A stretch of 56,868 bases of DNA from an uncultured bacterium (GCA_965370685.1 CBDUVN010000003.1:1-56868), one strand, 5' to 3'. Counted from the stretch's first letter, positions 38,106 through 47,069 are shown. The notes: a model not told the origin generated them from the letters alone. Made by a program: numbers and translations.

Positions 38106-38552
38106 CTATTCCGCGAAGCTCTCGTCGATCCGCTCGATGTAGTCGAGCGCGGAAAGCTTCTCGAGAACTACGCGCCACCCGGGCTGGTGAGATTCGCCGA
38201 CGCACAGGGTCTGGCCGTCGCCGCACCCGATCCGTCCCGGGGATTCGGAGTAGAAACGAACGGAGGAATCTATCTCTCGGACCTGCCGGGCACTGGCGCT
38301 GTCGGACGGAATGCAGAATTCGTACATCAGGGAGCGAAGCCCGTTCGGCGGGCCGACGAGGCCGTCGTCGTTCAGGCGATCGAGATCGAACGTGACTTTC
38401 GACAATGCTGGTACCTCGGGGTGGGGGACGGCGTCCGCGGTAGAGTCGGCACCGCTCCCGCACCCGCTCAACCCGACGGAGAAACAGACGCATGCGCTCA
38501 GGATCGAGGTGGAAACTCGCAAGTAACGGCCTCTGGTGTGCCCTTTCATCCT
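38106..38552 (-). CDS. small lipoprotein, hypothetical
   Basis: The frame of ORF 38106..38630 was used. The start is taken at MKGHTRGRYLRVSTSILSACVCFSVGLSGCGS (lipobox LSGC). About 148 aa. Confidence 0.6.
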   Translation of the reverse strand, partial: RMKGHTRGRYLRVSTSILSACVCFSVGLSGCGSGADSTADAVPHPEVPALSKVTFDLDRLNDDGLVGPPNGLRSLMYEFCIPSDSASARQVREIDSSVRFYSESPGRIGCGDGQTLCVGESHQPGWRVVLEKLSALDYIERIDESFAE

Positions 38553-39292
38553 GCCTGCTGATTGCCGCGTTGCTCGCGGCGTGTGGTAGTGACTCCGCCA
38601 AAGTTCGTGGTCCGGACGCGGAGGAGGCAACCCTGTCGAGCGCCGTAGCAGACACGCTGGAGGGGCTGCTGCGAGTCGGCGAAAATGGCCTCACCTTCCA
38701 GACCTGCGGTTCGGGACAGGAGGCGTGGGTGATCGAGTCTCCCGGCGCGGATCTGCGGGTCGCGGCCGAGGGACTCAGCGTGGACGCGGGCGCGCCAGTG
38801 TTCGCGCGACTCGTCGGCGGGGTCGTAGCTCCGCCGGACGCAGTTCCAGGCTCCGGGTACGCCAGCGCGATCGCGGTCCGGCAATGGGTGTACCTGGCCG
38901 AGGACACGTCCGGGTGCCCCGGGGCACAGGTTGAGGCCGTGGAGGGCGCCAGGCCCGCGGGAGAAGGGGAGGAGATGCCCGTTCTTCCCGCCGGCGTCAT
39001 ACTCAGGGCGCTGGGGAACGAACCGTTCTGGCACGTGGACGTCGGGGCGGACGTCGTGCGAATCGGGCGCCTCGGGTTCGACGATCTGGAGTTCCCGACG
39101 GGCGGCCCGGTGTCGGAAAATGGAACGCGGAGATGGTCCGGTGACGCCGACGGGCATCGGTTCGAACTGGTGGTCGAGGAGCAGCGGTGTGCCGATACGA
39201 TGATCGATCGGACGTACCCGTTCACGGCACTGCTCACGCTCGACGGGCAGGAGCTGAGCGGGTGTGCGCTGGAGCCGCCTGGCGGGCCCTGA
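38492..39292 (+). CDS. lipoprotein, hypothetical (two-domain)
   Basis: 266 aa. The signal is MRSGSRWKLASNGLWCALSSCLLIAALLAACGS (lipobox LAAC), with high GC3. The C-terminal half contains GNEPFWHVDV...RCADTM...SGCA. Confidence 0.65.
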   Translation: MRSGSRWKLASNGLWCALSSCLLIAALLAACGSDSAKVRGPDAEEATLSSAVADTLEGLLRVGENGLTFQTCGSGQEAWVIESPGADLRVAAEGLSVDAGAPVFARLVGGVVAPPDAVPGSGYASAIAVRQWVYLAEDTSGCPGAQVEAVEGARPAGEGEEMPVLPAGVILRALGNEPFWHVDVGADVVRIGRLGFDDLEFPTGGPVSENGTRRWSGDADGHRFELVVEEQRCADTMIDRTYPFTALLTLDGQELSGCALEPPGGP

Positions 39293-39354
39293 TCGAAGGG
39301 CCTTGGCCGCGGCGTTGCGTTAACGACTGGCTGGACTAGCTTGCAGGCCCACTT

Positions 39355-39438
39355 GCCGGAGTGGCGGAACTGGCAGACGCGCCGGACTCAAAATCCGGTG
39401 GGAGCAATCCCTTGAGGGTTCAAATCCCTCCTCCGGCA
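39355..39438 (+). tRNA. tRNA-Leu (anticodon CAA), class II with long variable arm
   Basis: The acceptor GCCGGAG pairs with CTCCGGC. The D arm is GTGGCGGAACTGGCAGACGCG. The anticodon arm is CCGGA-CTCAAAA-TCCGG. The T arm is GAGGG-TTCAAAT-CCCTC. Confidence 0.9.
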
Positions 39439-39553
39439 TAACGGTAGCGGGTTGTTCGCCTGCGACGCAGGCTCAATGAGCCTCGCTTTGCTCGGCACGG
39501 CTTCGCAGGCTCCGCCTGCTCAGTGTCGCGATGCTGCGCACCGCGACTGCGAG

Positions 39554-39571
39554 TCCCTCCTCCGGCATGAC
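39554..39571 (+). repeat. direct repeat of the tRNA-Leu 3' end (att-like core)
   Basis: TCCCTCCTCCGGCAT at 39554..39568 is identical to 39425..39439 inside the tRNA. Extending to 18 nt adds one mismatch (AAC versus GAC). Confidence 0.8.
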
Positions 39572-39636
39572 GACCACAACAAGAAAGGCCCCGCCAGTTC
39601 GACGGAGCCTGTCCCTGCATACTTTTCGGACAATTC

Positions 39637-39804
39637 TCAGAACGAAGAGATCTTCTGGCCAAGGAGGTGCCGGACCCGGTAGCCGGACTGGATCCAGGCC
39701 AGGCTTACCACGCTGAGAATAAGCAGGGGCATCTGGTGCCCGATTCCGACGGCGATCAATTCGGCGGACAGGATGTTGAACGCAAGTGCGGTTCCCGTAC
39801 TCAT
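39637..39804 (-). CDS. candidate 55-aa hydrophobic small protein (not in ORF track, below its size cut-off)
   Basis: Own translation gives MSTGTALAFNILSAELIAVGIGHQMPLLILSVVSLAWIQSGYRVRHLLGQKISSF. It has GC3-rich codons and two hydrophobic segments. A GAGGAG SD lies about 8 nt upstream of the ATG. Confidence 0.35.
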   Translation of the reverse strand: MSTGTALAFNILSAELIAVGIGHQMPLLILSVVSLAWIQSGYRVRHLLGQKISSF

Positions 39805-40160
39805 TCCACCCACTCCTCACCCCCCCCGGGCAGTTAAAGACAAACTCAATTCAGAACCTCTGTTGCCACTCTCATCCGGAACGGGATCGAGTGTCAAGTG
39901 AGTCACTCCCGTTCTCTCATACTCGGAGCGGATCTCTATGTGTCACGAATCCACGTTTCCGCGCGTTCTATCATCGGGTGGTCTGGTTACGGTGTTGAGC
40001 TGGCGCCGTCGGTGTACCCGGGTCGCTCGCCCCATCTCCTGATCGAAGTGGGCGTCCGATGCGCTCCCATTCGGTGACTCCGGTCTCCGGGTGGGGGCGC
40101 AGGACATTTCGACCTCCCGGCATCCGCTCTGCACCCGGTGACGCATCTGGCTTTCTCCGG

Positions 40161-40188
40161 TTGACTTCGGCGGACTATCGAATATCTT
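40161..40188 (+). promoter_or_regulatory. candidate promoter for cspA (TTGACT, 16 nt spacer, TATCTT)
   Basis: TTGACT lies at 40161..40166 and TATCTT at 40183..40188. This would give a 5' UTR of about 205 nt. Confidence 0.3.
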
Positions 40189-40403
40189 CTCGTGCCAGAT
40201 TCGCCATGCTCGGCTAAAGGGGAGTGACGACCAGACCTCCGGCACGTCCGGAGGCTCATTATTTCAGGGTCTGTCCAGCGCAGTGTGTGCCCCCCATGAC
40301 GAGTCTGTCGGCCGCCGGCCGCCGTGCGGGAACGGGATCGATCGGGTCGCGAATGCGATCGGTGGATTACGCTCTCAGGATCATAAGCAGGAGATGGACT
40401 TCG

Positions 40404-40616
40404 ATGTCGCGTCTGCAGGGAATCGTGAAGTGGTTCAACAACGAGAAGGGTTTCGGGTTCGTTTCGTTCGACGATGGTGCGCGTGACGCCTTCGTCCACT
40501 TTTCCGAAATCCAGTCCGAGGGCTTCCGCACGCTGGAGGAGGGCGACCAGGTCGAGTTCGACCTCGCCGAGGAAGGCCGTGGTCCCAAGGCCAAGAACGT
40601 CGTGAAGATCGTCTGA
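40404..40616 (+). CDS. cspA: cold-shock protein (CspA family)
   Basis: [37 protein letters not shown]... carries the RNP1/RNP2 motifs. 70 aa. The start is at ATG 40404 within ORF 40224..40616. Confidence 0.95.
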   Translation: MSRLQGIVKWFNNEKGFGFVSFDDGARDAFVHFSEIQSEGFRTLEEGDQVEFDLAEEGRGPKAKNVVKIV

Positions 40617-40643
40617 TCTGACCGGTCGGACGGCTGCGATACA

Positions 40644-40678
40644 GAAGGGGAGGCTCCGCTCTGCGGGGTCTCCCCTTC
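40644..40678 (+). terminator. terminator-like hairpin after cspA (no clear U-tract)
   Basis: GAAGGGGAG (40644..40652) pairs with CTCCCCTTC (40670..40678), with an inner CCGC/GCGG stem. Confidence 0.45.
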
Positions 40679-40724
40679 GTACGTCCGGGATCTACACGTG
40701 GCTGTCGAAGGCGTAGGTTACGGT

Positions 40725-41606
40725 ATGAACGGAATGGTGCGACCGAATCCCATCTGCCCGCTGGCTCTGACGGGCCTTGCAGTACCGCTGCTGCTGCTGG
40801 TCGCCTGCGGCCCGGACGAAGACTCGGCCCGGGCCACGGATGTGCCGACCGTAGCAGTGTCGGTTCTCCCCATCGCGGGTATCGTGGACCGACTGCTGCC
40901 ACCCGGCGCTGCAGAGTTGCGGGTACTGGTCCCGACGGGCGCCTCTCCGCATTCGTTCGAACCGGGAATGGGGCAGCTCGCACTGATTCAACGCGCGGAT
41001 CTCGTGCTCGAAGTCGGGCACCCGGCCTTCGCATGGGAAAAGAACTGGCTGGACGGTCTGCTGGCCGGCACCCGGGCTGTCCGCATTCCTTTGTCCGCCG
41101 GGTGTGTGTGGCTCGAAGACGACCCGCACGTATGGCTCGACCCGGAATGCCTGCAGATTCTCTCTGTGCGGACGGCTGATGCTCTCGTCGAGCTGTTTCC
41201 GGAGCACTCGACGGAGATCCGAATTCGGCTCGAGGCGCTCCGACGGGAGATCACGGTGGTAGACGATTCAATGCGAGAGTTGCTGGCGGATCGGCGTGGG
41301 GCAGCGTTTCTCGCCCAGCACGCCGCCTGGGGGTACTTCGCGCGGGCGTACGGCCTCGAGCAGATCGCGATCCTCTCACATGGAACTGGTGACAGCGGTG
41401 CTGCCCGCCTGGCGAGCGTCATCGATCGGGCCCGGGCCGCGGGAATCCGGACCGTGTTCGTTCAACCGCAGTTCAGCACGGATGCCGCCCGCATGGTGGC
41501 AGGTGAGATCGGAGCCGGGATCAGGCCACTGGACCCGCTGCTCAGAGACCCGCTCGAGGCACTGCGCGAGACGACCGAAGCGGTGCTGGAGGCGACGGCT
41601 CCGTGA
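40725..41606 (+). CDS. znuA: metal (zinc/manganese) ABC transporter substrate-binding lipoprotein, ZnuA/TroA family
   Basis: Lipobox LLLVACG. Also SPHSFEP, DPHVWLDP and an operon with an ATPase and a permease. The start could be GTG 40698, ATG 40725 or ATG 40734. Confidence 0.85.
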   Translation: MNGMVRPNPICPLALTGLAVPLLLLVACGPDEDSARATDVPTVAVSVLPIAGIVDRLLPPGAAELRVLVPTGASPHSFEPGMGQLALIQRADLVLEVGHPAFAWEKNWLDGLLAGTRAVRIPLSAGCVWLEDDPHVWLDPECLQILSVRTADALVELFPEHSTEIRIRLEALRREITVVDDSMRELLADRRGAAFLAQHAAWGYFARAYGLEQIAILSHGTGDSGAARLASVIDRARAAGIRTVFVQPQFSTDAARMVAGEIGAGIRPLDPLLRDPLEALRETTEAVLEATAP

Positions 41607-42373
41607 GCGCCCACGGCACGCCGGCAATCGAAATCCGTGGCGTCGACGTCCGGTTCGGCGCGACAGCTGCTCTCGAAGCGATCGACCTTACCGTGGCGGA
41701 AGGCGACTATCTCGGGATCATCGGTCCCAATGCCGGCGGCAAGACCACGCTGCTCAAGGTCATGCTCGGTCTGATCGAGCCCGACCGAGGGGAAGTCCGG
41801 GTATTCGGCCAGCCGCCGCGAGAAGCACGGGGTCTGATCGGGTACGTGCCCCAGTATGCCCGGTTCGACAGCGACTTTCCGATCAGTGTGGCCGAAACGG
41901 TCGGCATGGGCCGGCTTGGACCTCGCACCCGAGCCGCGTCTCGCGCCCGCGACCGGGAAGCGGTGCGACAGGCCCTGGACACCGTGGAACTGTCTGACGT
42001 GGCGGATGTGCGAGTGGGCCGTCTGTCGGGCGGACAGATTCAGCGGGCCCTGATCGCCCGGGCGCTCGCATCGGAGCCGAGGGTCCTGCTTCTCGATGAG
42101 CCGACGGCGAGTCTCGACACGCACATCGGACGATCGGTATACGATCTGCTCGGCCGACTGGCGGACGAAATTCCGATCGTCCTGGTGTCGCATGATATCG
42201 GAGTCATCTCGCGGAAAGTGCGTACGATCGCCTGCCTCAACGTCCGTCTCCACTACCACCATTCCCGGGAGCTGACTCCCGAGATGGTGGAAGCAGCGTA
42301 CGGCTGCCCGGTAGATCTGGTCGCGCACGGAGTGCCCCACCGGGTGTTCGAGTCGCACGAGGACGGACGGTGA
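41603..42373 (+). CDS. znuC: metal ABC transporter ATP-binding protein
   Basis: Walker A GPNAGGKTT, signature LSGGQIQR, Walker B LLLDEP. Confidence 0.9.
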   Translation: MSAHGTPAIEIRGVDVRFGATAALEAIDLTVAEGDYLGIIGPNAGGKTTLLKVMLGLIEPDRGEVRVFGQPPREARGLIGYVPQYARFDSDFPISVAETVGMGRLGPRTRAASRARDREAVRQALDTVELSDVADVRVGRLSGGQIQRALIARALASEPRVLLLDEPTASLDTHIGRSVYDLLGRLADEIPIVLVSHDIGVISRKVRTIACLNVRLHYHHSRELTPEMVEAAYGCPVDLVAHGVPHRVFESHEDGR

Positions 42374-43209
42374 TCGGCGAGGCGCTGTCGTATCCGTTCT
42401 TCCAGCGGGCACTGGCCGCCGGGATTCTCGCCGCAGTCGCCTGCGGCATCATGGGCACGTTCGTGGTCGTCCGCCGGATCGCCTCGATCTCGGGCGGGTT
42501 GTCTCACGCGGCATTCGGAGGCGTGGGTCTCGGGTATCTGCTCGGCTTCGAGCCGATGCTCGGGGCGCTCGGGTTCGGGGTCCTCTCGGCGCTGGGCATC
42601 GGCGCGGCCGAACTCAAGCTCCGGCAGGGACTGGACACGTTGATCGCGATGGTCTGGGCTGTCGGCATGGCACTCGGAATCCTGTTCGTCTCCCTTGCGC
42701 CCGGGCAGGCCCCTGACCTTCTCGGGTACCTGTTCGGTAACATCCTGCTGGTGAGTCCGGGGTACGTGGCTCTCGTGGCCCTGCTCGACCTGGTGATCGT
42801 GGGAACGGTGCTGCTCCTGTTCCGGCGACTGCGGGCGGTGACGTTCGACGAGGAATTCGCCTGGGTAGTCGGTGTCCCTGTCGGGGCGTTGTTCCTGTTA
42901 CTCCTCACGCTCGTGGCGCTTACCGTGGTCGTGCTGATCCGAGTCGTCGGAGTGATCCTGGTGATCGCCCTGCTGACGATTCCGGCCGCGGTCGCCCGTC
43001 ACTGGACCGATCGACTCTCCCGGATGATGGTTCTCGCGGTGCTCACCGGAGCCGTGTCGATCGCCGCCGGGCTGTTCCTCACATTCGGGCTGTCGTCGGA
43101 ATTCGGAATCGATCTTCCGACGGGTCCGTCGATCATCCTACTGGCCGCTGCGGTGTACGGGGTCTCCGCCGTGGCACGGTCTCTCACCGGTCGGCTCCGC
43201 GGTTCCTGA
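42370..43209 (+). CDS. znuB: metal ABC transporter permease
   Basis: 279 aa with 8-9 hydrophobic segments in an ABC-3 type layout (FFQRALAAGILAA..., LLTIPAA). Confidence 0.9.
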   Translation: MIGEALSYPFFQRALAAGILAAVACGIMGTFVVVRRIASISGGLSHAAFGGVGLGYLLGFEPMLGALGFGVLSALGIGAAELKLRQGLDTLIAMVWAVGMALGILFVSLAPGQAPDLLGYLFGNILLVSPGYVALVALLDLVIVGTVLLLFRRLRAVTFDEEFAWVVGVPVGALFLLLLTLVALTVVVLIRVVGVILVIALLTIPAAVARHWTDRLSRMMVLAVLTGAVSIAAGLFLTFGLSSEFGIDLPTGPSIILLAAAVYGVSAVARSLTGRLRGS

Positions 43210-43393
43210 CAGCGCCTGAAACTCCCTCACAGGTCGGAGCGTAGAACAGAACGAGGGCCCGGGGGCGGCCGCCGGTGCGGGGCGGTTGGTCGGGGACGGG
43301 GGGCGAGCCGCCGACCGGACCTTCGATGACGGGTCGCTGCATCCAGGGGACGCGGTGGATCCGGATCGGAACGGACCAGGGGGGACGTGCTCG

Positions 43394-44491
43394 ATGAAGA
43401 GGAAGACGAAGATCTGGTTGGGTGTGCTGGGTGGTGCTGCACTTGTCGGGGGGGGCGGAGCCGTCATGGCCTTGCGTGGGAACGACGGCAGCTCGGAGCA
43501 CCGCACGGTCGAAGTCACGCGCGATTCGCTGGTCCAGAAGGCGCTGGCGGTAGGCAGCATCGAACCGGACGTGGAGATCGCGGTGAAGTCGCAGATCTCC
43601 GGTGTGGTCCGCAAGCTGTTCGTCGAGGAGGGAGAGTTCGTCAAGTCGGGCGAGCCCCTGCTGGAAGTCGCGCCGAACCCCACTCCGATCGAGCTGGCCG
43701 ACTCCAAGCGCCAGGTCGAGCTGCGCGAGATCGAGTTCGAGAACGTCTCGAAGGATGTAATTCGCAAACGTGAGCTGCGCAGCCGCGAATTCATCACGCA
43801 GGAAGAGCTCGAGCGAGCCGAGCGCGATTACGACCGGTCGCGGGTCCAGGTCCAGATGGCGAAGGAGCGGGTGGCACTGCTCGAGAAGGGCAGCGTCCAG
43901 ATCGGAAACCGGATAATCGAAGGCGTGATCCGGTCCCCGATCGATGGATTCGTGCTCGAGGCGCTTGTGGAGCAGGGTGACCCGGTAGTTCCGCTGTCGA
44001 ATTTCCAGGCGGGAACCGTCCTCATCACGATGGCGGCGATGAGTGATCTGCTGTTCCGCGGCACGGTAGACGAGATCGATGTCGGAAAGCTGACCGAAGG
44101 GATGCCGGCGGCGATCAAGATCGGCGCTCTGCCGGATGCGAAAGTCGAGGGTATCGTGTACTCGATCTCGCTCAAGGCGCGGACCGAGGACAACGCCACG
44201 GTGTTTCCGATCGAGATCACCCTCACGGAAATCCACGGGGTGAAACTGCGGGCCGGCTACTCGGCCAACGCGGACATCATCATCGAGCGTCGGTCTGACG
44301 TGCTGGTGATCCCCGAGCGCGTCGTCCGGTTCGAGGACGGCACCGCTCGCGTGACCGTGCTGCAACCCGACGGCACTACGGCCGAACGCGAGATCGAGAC
44401 AGGCCTGAGTGATGCGATCCAGGTCGAGGTGATCGAAGGGCTGGAGGAAGGCGACAGGATAGTCGAGCCGCCCCCGCGCGAGATCACCTGA
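43394..44491 (+). CDS. efflux transporter periplasmic adaptor subunit (MacA-like, HlyD family)
   Basis: The start was moved to ATG 43394 (MKRKTKIWLGVLGGAALVGGG anchor). It has a lipoyl-like ISGVVRKLFVEEGEFVKSGEPLLEV, a coiled coil, and RSPIDGFVLE. Confidence 0.85.
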   Translation: MKRKTKIWLGVLGGAALVGGGGAVMALRGNDGSSEHRTVEVTRDSLVQKALAVGSIEPDVEIAVKSQISGVVRKLFVEEGEFVKSGEPLLEVAPNPTPIELADSKRQVELREIEFENVSKDVIRKRELRSREFITQEELERAERDYDRSRVQVQMAKERVALLEKGSVQIGNRIIEGVIRSPIDGFVLEALVEQGDPVVPLSNFQAGTVLITMAAMSDLLFRGTVDEIDVGKLTEGMPAAIKIGALPDAKVEGIVYSISLKARTEDNATVFPIEITLTEIHGVKLRAGYSANADIIIERRSDVLVIPERVVRFEDGTARVTVLQPDGTTAEREIETGLSDAIQVEVIEGLEEGDRIVEPPPREIT

Positions 44492-44510
44492 GCCCGGCCG
44501 GAGTCGATCA

Positions 44511-45752
44511 ATGGGCCGCTTTCGAACCGTCGTGTCGGAATTCTGGAATGACATCCGGGCGCAGAAGCTCCGGACATCGCTGACGATCCTCGGGGTCACC
44601 TGGGGAACGGTGGCGGTCATCGTGCTTCTGGCGTTCGGCACCGGCCTGGAGCGTGCCACCCTGAAACGATTTCACGGTCTCGGCGACCGGGTCGTGATGC
44701 TGTTTGGCGGCACGACCACCAAGCCATTCCAGGGGTTTCCCGACGGTCGCGGAATTCGGCTCACGGCGGATGACGCGGTCATCCTGAAGCAACAGATCCC
44801 CGAGATCCAGCGGATCAGCCCCGAGTTCAGCCGGCGCGGTACGCCCGTACGCAACGGGCGGGCGATCATGAATCCCAACATTACCGGAGCATGGCCCGAA
44901 TACACGTTCATGCGGAACGTGATTCCGGATGTCGGCGGCCGGTTCCTCAACGACGAGGACCAGGCGAAGCGCAGACGGGTCGCGGTGCTGGGCAACCGGG
45001 TTCGCGACATGCTGTTCGAGGGAGAGGAGGAAGACGTCGTGGGGCGGCAGATCCTGATCGGTGCGACGCCGTTTACGATCATCGGAGTGATGAAGCCGAA
45101 GAACCAGAGCTCTTCGTACAACTCGCGAGACCGGGACCGGGTGTTCATTCCGGCGAGCACGCACCGGGCGATGTTCGGCGATCTTTACGTGAGCAACCTG
45201 GTCTACCAGACCGCGAATCCGGAGGACTCTCAGCGGGCAGAGGAGCAGGTCTACAAGATCCTCGGCGGAAAGTACCGCTTCGATCCGACTGACGAGGATG
45301 CGCTCGGAGTGTGGGACACGACCGAATTCGAGAAGATGTTCAGCTACCTGTTCCTCGCGTTCAACGCGTTCTTCGCGATCGTCGGCAGCTTCACGCTCAG
45401 CGTGGGCGGAATCGGCGTGGCCAACATCATGTACATCGTGGTGAAGGAGCGCACGAAGGAGATCGGTATCAAGCGTTCGGTGGGAGCGAAGAAAGCCGAC
45501 ATTCTGCGGCAGTTTTTTCTCGAGAGCACGAGCATCGTGCTGTTCGGGGCAGTGTTGGGGTTCATCCTGTCGCTGGGCGTCGTGCGACTCGTGCGATTCG
45601 GTGACATGGAGGAGTTCATCGGTGTGCCGGTGATCTCTCCGACCGTCGCGATCATCACGGTGTCGCTGCTTGGAGTGATCGCGGTGTTTGCCGGCTGGTT
45701 TCCCGCTCGCAAGGCGGCAAACCTGGATCCGGTCGAGTGCCTGAGGCAGTAG
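44511..45752 (+). CDS. ABC transporter permease, FtsX/MacB type
   Basis: 413 aa. N-terminus ...IRAQKLRTSLTILGVTWGTVAVI, a large periplasmic domain, and C-terminal FtsX 3-TM (KERTKEIGIKRSVGAKK..., PARKAANLDPVECLR). Confidence 0.9.
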   Translation: MGRFRTVVSEFWNDIRAQKLRTSLTILGVTWGTVAVIVLLAFGTGLERATLKRFHGLGDRVVMLFGGTTTKPFQGFPDGRGIRLTADDAVILKQQIPEIQRISPEFSRRGTPVRNGRAIMNPNITGAWPEYTFMRNVIPDVGGRFLNDEDQAKRRRVAVLGNRVRDMLFEGEEEDVVGRQILIGATPFTIIGVMKPKNQSSSYNSRDRDRVFIPASTHRAMFGDLYVSNLVYQTANPEDSQRAEEQVYKILGGKYRFDPTDEDALGVWDTTEFEKMFSYLFLAFNAFFAIVGSFTLSVGGIGVANIMYIVVKERTKEIGIKRSVGAKKADILRQFFLESTSIVLFGAVLGFILSLGVVRLVRFGDMEEFIGVPVISPTVAIITVSLLGVIAVFAGWFPARKAANLDPVECLRQ

Positions 45753-45765
45753 GAGGGCGGGGAGG

Positions 45766-47013
45766 ATGTGGAAGATCCTGCTGGAGGAGTTTTTCGGAGA
45801 TCTTCGCACGCAGAAGACTCGGACATTTCTCACGATGTTTTCGATCACGTGGGGAACGGTCGCCATCGTGCTGCTGCTCGCGTTCGGCGAAGGCCTGAAG
45901 CACCAGATCAGCACCGGATTGCTGAATGCCGGTGAGAAGATCTTCATGACCTTCGGTGGCGAGACCAGCAAGGAATTCGAGGGCCTGCCGCGCGGGCGCA
46001 GGATCAGGCTCACCGAGGAAGACATGGATCTCGTGGTCCGCTCGGTTGAGGACGTGGATATGGCGAGCCCGTCCTACGGCAGATGGGGCGTCACCCTGTC
46101 GTACGGAGACGTGAAGACCACTACGTACATGGAAGGTGTCCACCCGCCGTTTTCCGAATTGCGCAAGATGTTTCCCAGGACGGGCGGGCGGTTCATCCAC
46201 GAGCAGGATGTGAAGGAACGCCGGCGGGTGCTGTTTCTGGGTGACTCGATCGCCTACCGGCTGTTCGGCGATGAGGACCCGGTCGGGAAGACGCTCGACC
46301 TGGACGGTCTTCCGTATATCGTGATCGGCGTCATGCAGGGCAAGTTCCAGGACAGCATGAACAACGGTCCGGACGAGGAGCGGGCGATCATTCCGGCCTC
46401 GACTTTCAAGGCCGTGTATGGCTATCGCTACGTGAACCACATCCTGTTCCACCCGCGAAGCAAGGAGAGAGCCCCGCGGACAAAGGCGGAGATCTTCGAG
46501 GTCCTCGGGGCGAAGCACCGTTTTGACCCGACCGACGAACGCGCTTTACCGATGTGGGACTTCATCGAGAGCGAACAGGAGACGAAGAAGATCGGCACGG
46601 GTATCCAGATCTTTCTCGGGATGGTCGGCCTGTTTACGCTGCTCGTGGCAGGTGTCGGAATCGCGAATATCATGTACGTGGTGGTGAAGGAGCGCACGCA
46701 CGAGATCGGTGTGAAGCTGGCAGTCGGGGCGCGGAAAGCCCATATCAGGCGTCAGTTCGTGTTCGAGGCTCTGCTCGTGTCGCTGTTCGGCGGACTGATC
46801 GGACTCGGCGTGTCGGTCGGCATCGTGACACTCGTGAACATGATCCCGACCGAAGGGAACCCCGCGATGAACTATATCGCGAACCCGACGTTGTCATGGC
46901 CGATCACCCTTGGCTGCATGTCGATCCTGATGTTGATCGGTCTCGCCGCGGGCTATCTGCCGGCTCGTCGGGCCGCGAGCATCGATCCAGTGGAGTCGTT
47001 GCGCTACGAATAA
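45766..47013 (+). CDS. ABC transporter permease, FtsX/MacB type (second copy)
   Basis: 415 aa with the same architecture (LRTQKTRTFLTMFSITWGTVAIV, KERTHEIGVKLAVGARK, PARRAASIDPVESLR). Confidence 0.9.
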   Translation: MWKILLEEFFGDLRTQKTRTFLTMFSITWGTVAIVLLLAFGEGLKHQISTGLLNAGEKIFMTFGGETSKEFEGLPRGRRIRLTEEDMDLVVRSVEDVDMASPSYGRWGVTLSYGDVKTTTYMEGVHPPFSELRKMFPRTGGRFIHEQDVKERRRVLFLGDSIAYRLFGDEDPVGKTLDLDGLPYIVIGVMQGKFQDSMNNGPDEERAIIPASTFKAVYGYRYVNHILFHPRSKERAPRTKAEIFEVLGAKHRFDPTDERALPMWDFIESEQETKKIGTGIQIFLGMVGLFTLLVAGVGIANIMYVVVKERTHEIGVKLAVGARKAHIRRQFVFEALLVSLFGGLIGLGVSVGIVTLVNMIPTEGNPAMNYIANPTLSWPITLGCMSILMLIGLAAGYLPARRAASIDPVESLRYE

Positions 47014-47069
47014 ACCGCCCGCGGGTCCCGACGATCCGCGGCCAGTGCCCGGGAGGGTGAGGAGGGGAA

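Noticed and set aside
38059-39237. 392-aa minus-strand ORF across the lipoprotein genes
   Set aside because: It spans two oppositely oriented, better-supported lipoprotein genes. It has a Ser/Arg/Pro-rich composition and no signal or motif.
39473-39820. 115-aa minus-strand track ORF in the tRNA-Leu flank
   Set aside because: It has an Arg-rich, motif-free product with poor GC3. The alternative 55-aa frame on the same strand has an SD, hydrophobic segments and better codon bias.
43184-46518. 491-, 505- and 287-aa minus-strand ORFs opposite the MacA-like and FtsX-type genes
   Set aside because: They are antisense shadows with Arg/His/Asp-rich low-information sequences.
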